Shown: positions 49,640 through 60,604 of the stretch, piece after piece
Layout of the letters: every line of letters starts with the position of its first letter
Position numbering within the stretch: position 1 is the first letter of the stretch
NCBI RefSeq assembly: GCF_000143415.4
Contig: NW_003314261.1
Span: forward strand, 3,960,880-4,024,879
Direction of reading: 5' to 3'
Source of the DNA: Selaginella moellendorffii
Taxonomy: Eukaryota > Plantae > Lycopodiophyta
DNA length: 64,000 nucleotides
Notes under the pieces: generated by a model
Told to the model about the DNA's origin: nothing
The model's database searches: none
Seen by the model: the letters and a program-made list of their open reading frames with translations, nothing else
Translations under genes and position numbers: made by a program

Positions 49640-50800
49640 ATATAAATTTCCACTGTCAAGCTAAATCTAGATGGTTCAATCTCTTGTTACAAGCCAAGGC
49701 TCTTATGGCCAAGGGCTATTCATAAGTAGTTAAAATGGATTATTAGAAGGATATAAAGTTCATAGATAAGAGAACTATATTTAAAGACTTATTTAATCAA
49801 TTTACAAACTAAAATAAGTCTTTTGCTTCAATAATATATATATCATACTTTATCTTTCTCCCCTTAAACCAATTAGAAAAGAGGTAATTAAAAGTTTTAT
49901 ATACTTATTTATCCCTTAAAGTTTTACAGTGATAGTATATCCAAATCTCATCCTATGATTACATGCATTACAATTAAGAAAAATATAATTTATATTTTTT
50001 TTATGTAAATGATTCTTTACTCATATGCAACAATATAAGTTTTTTAGCTAAGATTAAAAAGATCTTTTCATCTCATTTTGAGATGAAGGATTTATGTGAG
50101 TAATGCTATTGCCTCAAGATCCCAACCAATAGGATAACTCTATTGTTCTCCACTAAAGCAAGTATACTAAAGATATTCGCCAATGGTTTTCTATAAAGTG
50201 TAGTACACCTACACCAATACTTATGCTCACAAGTCTGAAACTCACTTGTGACAATTCTCCCTTGATAGAGCAAGAAAAAGAAGAGATGGCCACTATCTTA
50301 TATTTCAGTTTTATCAACAATCTCATGTATCTCATAGTCTATATAAAACCCAATCTCACAAGCTTGGTAAGCCAAATCAATAAACAACATTAGATGGCTA
50401 TAAAATAAATTTTTTGGTACTTATGTGGTACTTCATCCTTTAGTTTGAGATACTCAAACTCCACACTAGAAGGCTTTAGTGACTCAGATTAAGTAGACTC
50501 TTTCCAATTATAATCAGGTTATATTTTAGCCTTAAAAACAAACAATGATGGCCATGTTTTAGTTGTAAGGAGGAATATATGGTAGAAAGTGTAGTTTGCT
50601 ATGAGGCCATTTTGCTCTAGCACCTCCTTATAGACTTGGGTGCTCTTATTTCAAGCCCTACAAAGATTTTTGCAACAATCAAGGCTGCATCACCTTGAGT
50701 AAGTATTGCAAGATTAATTCTTGCACCAAACACATGGATATAACATGTGTATAGTTGATCTATTGTCCTATACAAAATGACTATAGACATTTTAGTGTTG
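49640..50800 (+). mobile_element. Ty1/copia RT-RNase H remnant (49640-49760 and ~50280-50800)
   Basis: Degenerate YK.RL.AKGYS, LMYL, EGFSDSD, NQGCI.LSK and TKHMD motifs. Confidence 0.65.
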
Positions 50801-50899
50801 GGTTAGACACTGTTACATGGTGCTGCATAACATATGGAGTGGATATGTCTAGTTTCATTTATTGGGATGATCTTGTTTGATTGAATACAATCTCACATT

Positions 50900-52190
50900 A
50901 AAGATTATAGTTGAAACCATTCTAGAGCATTATCGTGTCTTTTGGAGCCAGATTAATTCCAAACAAGCTATTGGCTAGGCTGGCTTTTGACCTAAATATG
51001 GTTATGTAGATCATCTTATTATATGTGTGAACATATGACACACTAGAAGCAGCAACTATTTTAATACTCTATGGACTTCTAAAAAGAATTCAATATAACA
51101 ACTATTTCAACTAGAAAATCCTATCCTTTACACCCTAATCCAATTGGCAAAAGGGGTGATCAGTTGTGGTGCCTACTAATGCCTCAATGTACAATCCAAA
51201 TAAAGTGGGGATAAAGGACACCTTTGCTTGACACTTATTGTGCATTTCACTAGTTGATCTCCTAGGCATTCTACAAGAATTGTTATATAGAGCTGTTGAA
51301 TGGCCTATACCAACTCTTGGAGTGTTGGGACAATCTGACATTATCATGGCCTGTACCTCCTCCTACATGTGGATGACTTGCTCTTGTTTTCCACAACTCA
51401 TCAAAGTCTCCAATGCCAACTGTTGCACCATTGGTTTATCTGTCAACCCCACAAAAAAACAAGTTATAGTATTTAGCCGTCCACCAATAATGATCTCTAT
51501 TACCAAGTCAAGATAGAAAACTACAATTACCTTGGGTATATGGTCCACCAAAAGAATTTATGGAAGGCTAGGACAATAATGCATTCAAGCAGCCACAAGA
51601 TCATATTACTCACTCCAAAGTGATCTCAAATTTACTTTATGGATGCACATACACAATATGTGAGGATAGTGATCTAGACTACCATGAATAACATAGCAGA
51701 AAATGGAACAATTTAACCATTGGTGCCTGAATGCTGAATTTGGTTGCAACAAAGTGGATTGGATTGTAGTTATGGAATCTGGCTTGTATGGAAAAACATA
51801 ATGCAATACATCCTCAACATCATATACACTACTCAAGATAAATGTCTTATCACCCTTGTTGAGGACACCAGCAAAGGCTGATGGCACAATTTGTGCTTCT
51901 GGACAAGAAATCTAGGCATGGATCTTGACACACTCCTTCATGAAAATACCATAGATATCCCAGATCATTGGCTAGAGAAGGGGCATGACACAAAATTCCA
52001 ACACTATTTATTGACCATCAACCCACAATGGCTCATTGGTATTGCTAGCTATGGGATGACACCCCTGGAGCGCTATCGAATATGGCAACATCACCTACAC
52101 TCAAAAGTTGGTAATTGGGAGGGATCCAAACTACCCTTGTTAACTATGTGCTAAAGACATTGAAACTGTCCTAACATACAAACAGCTACG
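50900..52190 (+). mobile_element. Degenerate non-LTR (LINE) reverse-transcriptase remnant with an inverted internal piece
   Basis: G.AGF.P..G..DHL, LLHVDDL, GLSVNPTK.QVIVF and YNYLG on plus; PTLFGLYIE on minus at ~51135-51240. Confidence 0.6.
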
Positions 52191-53149
52191 GGACACAGAG
52201 CCACTCCTCGATTTTGAGCAACAATGGCAACACCTGCAACTTTGCGAGTATCTTCACTGCCACCACAAACCTTTGGGATGAGCTGCTTGCCATCCTTGAC
52301 CCTGCATGTCCCCAACTTCGCACCAGCAGTAGCTAGGATGGTCTGAGGTCCTCGTGACTTCAAATAGCTGTTGCTGTTGTTGTTGCAAGAGAACCTGGTT
52401 CTCTTTCACTCCTTCCAGATTGAGCTGCTCACAAAGATTGCCCAAAGGAGAGAAGCGTGCCAGAATTTGATCTGTCAATACCAAAGTGCAATGATCTCAC
52501 TGCTCACAGGAACAGACCTGGCATGGTATTATCACGCCATAAGTTTTGTCATGGTAGTAGAGTTGAGCGACCAAGTTCCTGCATCCACGTTTGCTGAAGC
52601 ACTCAAACGCAGCCAGTTTTGCAACGAGCTCCATGGTGGCTGCTTCTTGCAAAAAACAAGAGTGATTTCGTCGTAAGTATAGAGCGGGCTCACAGAGACA
52701 ATTGGTGATGCCGACAATTCTCCTAGTCCACCACTGACGCTTTCCAGGAAGGCCATCGATCCCTCTTTTGGACTCTAGCCAACATGATGTCGTTGCGCAC
52801 TGATTTTTATCTCCCTTTTTTTTCTGTCCTTGGATACTCGCTTGCCTCCTGGACGAGTCAATTCCCAGAATACAAACAAATTCAATTTCTTTTGTAATTG
52901 AAATAGAAAGAAATTATGTAAGTATTGTCCTCGTGACTAACAAGTCTACTAACTAGCGTGAGAGATTGCCGGAGAAGACGCACAATCCAGCCACAGATCT
53001 TCCACGGCGGACCTCAGATCTGCCTGATATTTCCAAGATCTTACTCTGCATTCGCAATATTTCGGCAGCGTGGCAGATCTCACCTTGCATTCGCAGAACC
53101 CTAGAACTCAAGAACGGTTTTGTAAATGCATCAAGCCTCTACAGTGTGA

Positions 53150-54030
53150 GAAAATTCGGTGAAGGATACCTGGAACCAGGAACGTCAGGCCAGTTAAAAG
53201 TCAGAGCTAAAGACACGACTTACATAAGTAAACTCACAAGACGTACACGCCGGCCTCAATAACAGCTTGAATCTCATCGTTTGTGCCATTGGATATGGAT
53301 GACAAAGCCCAGCATGCATCAGTAAGAACTCCTCATCAGTCGAATGAATCAGCTTTTCTGGAGCAGATAAAGCAGGTCTCGACTGCATGAAACAACACCG
53401 ACCAACGATCAAAATTTGTATCGACATGCCTCCTGCTCAAAGTTCGGCTGCGGCTTGTCACGAAAGAAGGTTGATAGCGTCCATGTTGCGTTGCGCAGCA
53501 TAGACAGCTTCGCATTCTCGTTCAGCTGTGCTAGCAACGGCATCATGGCATTGCTATTCAAGACGAGATCTCGGCACTTCGGAGAGTCGCCAGCGACATT
53601 GCCAAGAGCCCATACTGCCTGCGGTACCAGGCAATGTCAGATTCCAAGCTTTGAAAATACAAGAGAAAATATCACCTGCTAGCGGACGAAAGAAGAAAGA
53701 AGCTGGGAGATGAAAGAAGCTGCACGAAGATAGGCACAGCTCCATGGTTTATAACCACGGACGCAATATTTGTAAGAGCCAAGGCAGCTTCGAACTGCTC
53801 ATTAAAACTCAAACACCGTAAGGAAAAAAATGGACATGGTGGAAATCGTGGCGCTTCAAAAACTCTACAAATCGAGGAACCACGCCTGCCTTGATGACCT
53901 CTTCGATCGGAGGGCTTCGCTCTTCACAAACACCCATGCCATTACCAAGACTTCCATAAAAAAGAACAAGGCAGCTACCAGACAGTAACTTCAGGTGGGA
54001 TCGTCACACCAGACACGGCTCACCAGAAAC
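53150..54030 (-). pseudogene. Second importin-alpha pseudogene (fragments of exons 2-7)
   Basis: Colinear with 56660-57630, with multiple deletions. Confidence 0.9.
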
Positions 54031-54109
54031 CCTGCTCATGATCTAAACACGACGAATTCAAATATCGTAAATTCTCCAATGCTGTGCAAAAACGATGGAG
54101 GAATTCGCC

Positions 54110-54370
54110 CTGGGAAGTGTTTCAAAGAATTCAAGCCATGAAACTTCAATCTTCCTTTGTGAAGCTTCAACTAAAATCGTCGATTAATTTACAACAATGG
54201 ACCATTCGCCGTAGTGTATATCTGAGATCGGTTCCAATCCAAGTCTTTAGGATCTTGCACGCCAAATGCTTTCAGCAGATCTCTCTCTTGCAGCAGCTTG
54301 GAATCGAGATTCGCGAGCGCAGCGTGGGATTGTGTTGCAAGATTGAATGATCAATCTAAAACAAACACAA
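54110..54370 (+). pseudogene. Inverted fragment of the CRR42 3' end and 3' UTR
   Basis: Reverse complement of pieces of 44940-45250 (TGGGAAGTGTTTCAAAGAATTCAAGCCATGA). Confidence 0.85.
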
Positions 54371-54389
54371 AGAATCTCTCCAGAGATAT

Positions 54390-55420
54390 TTAAGTCCAAG
54401 CCCCACCGAGCGTTCCCTTGCACCAAGCTCTGCTAGAGCGGTGCATAGACCTGGGATTAAGAAGCTCCAGCGAACAAAACAAACTCAAGCCTTCTGCAAG
54501 AATGTGACCTCGCTTGGACGCCTGGAACACCGTACTTCCGGGGAGAGCAGCTTGTTTAGACTCGTGGACCTGCAAGGCCACAGCATCGTCTCTTGGAACT
54601 CGCTGGTATTTCGAAAAAGTACGGGTTCTCACATGGAATATTTTTATAGGATATCTCAGCGTTTCTGGAAATGGAATCTAGAGAAGAGCAAAACTTGTGG
54701 CAAATCTGTTACGCTCCGAACCGCAGGTTGCCGAAAGTGTTATAAACTAAATCTTATGCTCGGAATGGAAACATTTGCAAAGCGTTGGGCTTCTTTAGGG
54801 AGATGTTTTTGGACAGTGTTCCTGAGAACTTTGTCCCTCCATCAACTCAACCATTTGCTGCGCTCGATCTAGCTCAACGCAAGAACCAACACACTCCAGG
54901 ACACCACGAAAACATTCACACGGTAAAGATGCCCGGAGCGGGCATATGCTTCCATGATTGCGGTTGTCACCACTACATCCTGCTCGGGCATGTCATTATG
55001 CTACTCACATCGCGGACCAAGCAAATCTCTTTTCTCCTCTCTCCTGCAAACGGGGCAAATGCAGTCCTGTTTGAAAGGATGCCTCAAAGAGCCGAGGTCC
55101 GTGATCTGTGGCAGACGAAGCTGTGCTGGTGTGAAGTCGAGATCAGTTTGTCACGTTTGTTTCATATATACATGTTTTTCGGAAGCAAGCCAAGAATCAT
55201 AGAGTTCCACGAGATCACACTCAGCCCAAGCATCTTTCCAAACAATCTTTTGGCTTCTTTTATACGCCAAGCTTGGATCATCACCTGGGCATACATCACC
55301 ACAGCGGCATCTTCTCAAAAGCGCAGTCAAAGCTGGCGATCCAAACCTTAAGTCTTTAAATTCTCCAAGGAGTTGCAAAAAGCTTTAATCATCAAGGACA
55401 TTCAACTCATTCATGTAAAT
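54390..55420 (-). pseudogene. Shredded PPR pseudogene with internal inversions
   Basis: Fragments match 32620-34640; ~54530-54830 and ~55050-55170 are in the opposite orientation. Confidence 0.85.
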
Positions 55421-55862
55421 CTTTGCATACATCGAATTTGTAATAGACTCTTTTATAACCCAAAATCCACTCGTAATAGTCGCAGCGATGACGATCCTCG
55501 GACAAAGGAGGAGACGCCACCCCCACAACGACGACCACCGCACTTAGCACGTCCGGCTAAACAAAGACAAGAGCACCGTCTCAAATACGAGACGTTGCTT
55601 TGACAGCAAGAGCTTGCTGCTGTTCTACAAGACCCTCTCCTTCCCCCGGCGGGTCTGCAAAAAGCTTGTCGACCATCGACTAGCTCAAACTCAACTCGAC
55701 TTTACACCAGCACAGCTTCGTCTGCCACAGATCGCGGATGCTGCTCACATCGCGGACCAAGCAAATCTCTTCTCCCGACTCGATCGAGACACGAGATGTT
55801 CTTCTACCACAGAAACACCAAGTCAGTCACTCGAGAGATCCAGGGAAAGGAAAAGACATACC

Positions 55863-57917
55863 TCAACCGAAATTAAAGCCACCGCTTGGCACAGTAGGCT
55901 GATTCCCGAATGCAAATGGTCCGGGCGCCGGAGCTACACCTGGAGCGACGTTCTCCTCGTCCTCCTCCACCCAGTAGCTGTTGAGTATCTTGATCACCTT
56001 GTCATATATCTCGTTGTTGTCGTGGGTTTGCAGCTTCTCGATTTTCTCCAGGCCCTCCGCCTCGTCGATGAACTTAGCATAGATGTTGATGGAGCCAGTG
56101 TTTCCGAGGTCCTTCTCCGTCTCGCCGACCTTGAGGATGTTTTCTAGGCCCTCCAAGGCCACCACAATGATCTTGGCATCGGAACAGTTGAGGAGGTCGC
56201 ATAGAGGCTTGATGCATCCCTGGTTCACGAGATACCTGCGTCTCCAGAGTCAGATACAGCGTCTCAGCGCAATGACAACCTACTTGATTTGTTCATGTGT
56301 ACCGCCAGAGGTTGCATTGGAAATGGCCCACGCTGCCTCTTTCTTTATGTCAAACTCGGCGTTGGCAAGAAGTTCCACGAGAGGCGGAATGATGTTGGCC
56401 TCAATGACAGCCTGAATTTGATCCTTGTTGCCGGCGGTGATGTTCGAGATTGTCCAGCAAGCCTCCTTTTTTATGCTCTTCTTGTAAACATTGGTGAGAA
56501 GATGTAACAAATATGGCAGCGCTCCATTGTTTATGATGAACTGAAATAAATTTAAAGGCAAGCGTAAGAAACATCTAGGATGTTCCGTTTCAAGTTTACC
56601 TGCGTTTGGACATCGTCACCAGTCACAATGTTTCCCACCGTACGAAGAGCAGGAATAAGAACATTCGGTGAAGGATACCTGGAACCAGGAACGTCAGGCC
56701 AGTTAAAAGTCAGAGCTAAAGACACGACTTACATGAGTAGACTCACAAGACGTGGACACACACCGGCCTCAATGACAGCTTGAATCTTATCGTTTGTACC
56801 ATCGGATATGTATGACAAAGCCCAGCATGCATCAGTAAGGACTTCTTCGTCAGTCGAATGAATCAGCTTTTCTAGAGCAGATAAAGCAGGTCTCGACTGC
56901 AAGAAACAACACCGACCAACGATCAAATTTGTATCGACATGCCTACAAATGACCCACATACCTGCTCAAAGTTCGGCTGCGGCTTGCCACGACAAAAGTT
57001 TGATAACGTCCACGTTGCGTTGCGCAGCATAGACAGCTTCGCATTCTCGTTCAGCTGTGCTAGCAACGGCATCATGGCATTGCTATTCAAGACGAGATCT
57101 CGGCACTTCGGAGAGTCGCCAGCAACATTGCCAAGAGCCCATACTGCCTGCGGTACCAGGAAATGTCAGATTCCAAGCTTTGGAAATACAAGAGAAAAAA
57201 TCACCTGCTCGCGGACATCCTCACTGGGAGATGAAAGAAGCTGCACGAAGATAGGCACAGCTCCATGGTTTATAACCACCGTCGTGTGATCGGAAGTGCC
57301 GGACGCAATATTTGTAAGAGCCCAGGCAGCTTCGAACTGCTCATTAAAACTCCTATTAACGACCCAAACACCGCAAGGAAAAAAAATGGGCATACCTGAA
57401 GCTGGTGGAAATCGTGGCGCTTCAAAAACTCTACAAATCGAGGAACCACGCCTGCCTTGATGACCTCTTCGATCGGAGGGCTTCGCTCTTCACAAACACC
57501 CATGTCAGTACCAAGAAAAATAGACTTCCATCAAAAGTTAAAAGGGCAGCTACCAATTGACAGTAGCTTCCGGAACTGGGTCGTCGCCTCGACTTGCAAG
57601 TTGGGATCGTCAGACCAGACACCGCTCACCATCACGGGTAAGCTCTCCAGCTGAAGGAAATCACACCACCAGTGAATCAAATCACCCTCGCCCCATTCCA
57701 GAGACGCGCATACCTTTCTCTCCACGATCGATCCGGGCGTCATAAAGTGCTGCGGCTGCATGCCCTCTCGCCGCTTCTTCATGAGATTCTCGTCGCGCTT
57801 GTTCTTGCGGATCTCCACCATGTTGTCCTCGCGCTTCCGGCGCGCCTCATCCGGATCGACGGCATTCTTGTATCCTTTCTTTCTCACCTCAGTGCGAGCT
57901 TGCGGCCGGAGCGACAT
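55863..57917 (-). CDS. IMPA: Importin subunit alpha (9 exons, apparently intact)
   Basis: IBB domain (MSLRP...[25 protein letters not shown]), ARM repeats ([40 protein letters not shown]), C-terminal GGFNFG*. GT-AG introns of ~45-66 nt keep the frame. Confidence 0.96.
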
Positions 57918-57979
57918 CCTGCGAGAGCACCGGCGGAGCGAGCCACGACCAGACGGGCACACCCTAGCCGCAAAGCATC

Positions 57980-58082
57980 AAACCCTAGGCTAAGGAATGG
58001 GGCTTATTAGAAAAAATGGAGGGCCACGATTTCTTCGTCCATTTAAGAAACAAACGGGAGAGAGAGAGAGAGAGAGAGAGAG
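57980..58082. promoter_or_regulatory. Telo-box (AAACCCTA, 57980-57987) and (GA)n tract (58058-58082) upstream of importin-alpha
   Basis: Motif match and position in the ~240-bp intergenic region. Confidence 0.5.
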
Positions 58083-58159
58083 CAAAGCTTTTTCTTCTTC
58101 TTCTATGCTGGCGTTCTCCAAAGAATGAGAGAACAAAGCATGGATTTTTCCTCCTTTCA

Positions 58160-60159
58160 TTAGTGGCGTCCTTCGTTTTCTTTCTCGGCTCTCATTCCAT
58201 CCATATTGACATAAACTTTAGCTCCACTTCCATCTTCATCGTCTTCTTCTTCTTCTTCTTCCTCTTCCTCCTCGTTTGGACGATCATCATCGTCATCCTC
58301 GCGAGTAGCAGCCTGCCGGAATTCCTCGCTGATAAACACCCTTACATTGTCCTCGCGATCACCGTGATCGCTCGCCGGGCTTGGAAACTCCTCGTCGGGA
58401 TCATCATCCTCACTTCCCAGCTCCTGGGGATCGTCGTCACCATCGTCGAGCAGCGAGCTGGACACTGGGAGCTGGAAAGCAGCGTCCAGTTCGTCTTCCA
58501 CAGCCGACACTGGCGATTCGTTGCTCGACCTCGACGTCTCCAGCAAGTGGTGGTGGTGATCGCCCACCTCGTGAACTTCCTGGTCTTGAGCTACATGATG
58601 ATCCTGGTGGTGGTGGTGATCCTCGTCTGCCGAGAGAGCGGCCTTGGGAATGAGAGTAGCGTCGTGATGATCCCCGTCTTCCGAGAGAGCGGCCTTGGGG
58701 ATGAGAGTGGAGTCGCGATGATCCTCGTCTTCAGAGAGAGCGGCTTTGGCGATGAGAGTGGCGTCAACAAGATGACCCTCGTCTTCCGAGAGAGCGGCTT
58801 TTGGAACGCGAGTGCCGTCGGACTTTCGAGAGCTGCGCTCCGATCCTACCTCGGCAGCATCGTTTGGGTAGTTCTCCGGGGCCGTGAGCTCGGGAGAAAC
58901 AAATTGATCTGGAACTTTACTCACGTCGTATTCGTCGCTCGAGCGCCGGGCAATGATCTTCGGTGGAGCTTCAGTGCTTGACGAACCCGATCCCCTCCTT
59001 CCCAGCTTGGGAGACTTTGGCCGCGTCGGAGGTGTCTATATACAAAGAAACATGCAAGTCATGCCCGTCTAGCCAGGAAAGAAGCAGACCTTTTTCACGT
59101 CTATTCTCACAGGCGGTGGCTCCTGATAGAACTTCGGCATTGGTGTAGCTTTGAAGGTTTGATCCTTGCGCAGCTTCTTTATTTCCGCTGCCACTTGTTG
59201 CTGTAGAGCCAAGCTTTCACCATCAGCAAACGCAAAGGAAAGAAACGGCACTCTCGTTCGTAGCTTAGCTTATATACCTGGGTGCTGGCTTGGATTCGGT
59301 TCCGTTCCGCTTCTCTTGCTCTCGTTTTCTCCGTTAAGTTCGCATAAAACTGGAACAGCGAGCCACGAACCAATCACTCAATAATAACGAACAGTCACGA
59401 TCCAAGCACCAGGCTTTTAAAACCACAAAAAACCATACCTCCATTCTTTTCTGAGCACGCTCATCAGATCTAAACACAAACTCGGCCTTGGACTTTGGAG
59501 TGAGTCCTAGACTATCAGGACTGCAGAATAAAAAAGCTCCAATCCTTTAGACATCCAAAACAAAACTGAAGAAAGAAAGAGAACTCTACCTCGGAGAAGC
59601 AGCGAAGGTTTTCGCTAGATGAGCAGCAAAGTCTCCTTTCTTGGGCGTGCTCTTCTGCGGAACCAGCTGAGCCAAATGATCGTGAGAAAGAAGACTCAAT
59701 GAACAAGGCTACCTGGGAAATCTTTGAAGGGGTGGGAACACCATTGCCAGTGGGCTTTGATCCGGCGGCGGTGGCTCTCTTCTCGGTGGTGAGAGAAAAG
59801 GGCTGCGGCACAGTGAAGTTGGATCGAGAAGCCTTCAAGCGAGGAGTCGATGCCGGAGGCGAGCAGCCTTTGAGGAGAGAATTTCTCTTCTCTTTCGCTG
59901 CCCCAGCTCCAGCTCCAGCTCCAGCTCCGCCGGCGGCAGGGAAGAGTGATTTCTTGTATCCATTGCCGTTACCCTGGCACATTTATTTCGATCCCAGCGC
60001 CGATCGTCAGGGATCTTTACACCCTAGAGGAAGCTTTACCTCGGCGTGGTTCTTTGGAGCAGGATCTGGATCATCCTGGATTGATCCGAGCCGCGGCTCC
60101 GAGCTGTCCGGCAGCGCCTGGGAACCTAGATCGGCAACCGCGCCTGTCGCATCTCCCAT
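58160..60159 (-). CDS. WVD2/WDL-like microtubule-associated protein (TPX2 C-terminal domain) with acidic, repeat-rich tail; multi-exon
   Basis: [71 protein letters not shown] at 60159, stop at 58160. Confidence 0.88.
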
Positions 60160-60403
60160 GAGATTTCCGTGTGATCCTCAAGAAAGATCCACTATAAAGA
60201 ACTCTCGATCAATGCCGGATGGAAAAACTCCCCCTGGGGAGGGATCGAAGAACACGACAGAGGAGGCGAGAGAGAAAAGAGAGAAAAGAGAGAAAGAGAC
60301 CGACCGAATCTACACAAAATGTTGGTGCTTGCGATTAAAATGTCTAGCATATTCCCATGGCTAAGGACTCGATCTAAATGCGCACCCTTAATGGCATCCC
60401 TTA

Positions 60404-60421
60404 AAACCCTAACTAGGGTTT
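60404..60421. promoter_or_regulatory. Inverted pair of telo-boxes (AAACCCTAA / TAGGGTTT) upstream of the WDL gene
   Basis: Motif match in a short intergenic region. Confidence 0.45.
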
Positions 60422-60604
60422 CTTGGAAGGAAAAAAGTCCAAAAATGACACGCAGCTAGGTGACAACTGGCAACACAGATCAGATTGCGTTGTCCAGCGT
60501 GGCAGAATATTTTTGTGACCGTTGACTCGTATTAGGGCTTACTAAAAGAATATACTTACAAGTCAAAAAATCTTAGACCGATGACTTTCCTCTTCTCTCT
60601 CTTT

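Noticed and set aside
52190-52760. Short minus-strand ORFs with a poly-Q stretch
   Set aside because: Look coding-like but are broken and have no motif I recognise; left unassigned.
58016-58981. 321-aa hydrophobic plus-strand ORF (also 34118-34822, 59699-60364 and 60581-61084)
   Set aside because: Antisense shadows of real minus-strand coding exons.
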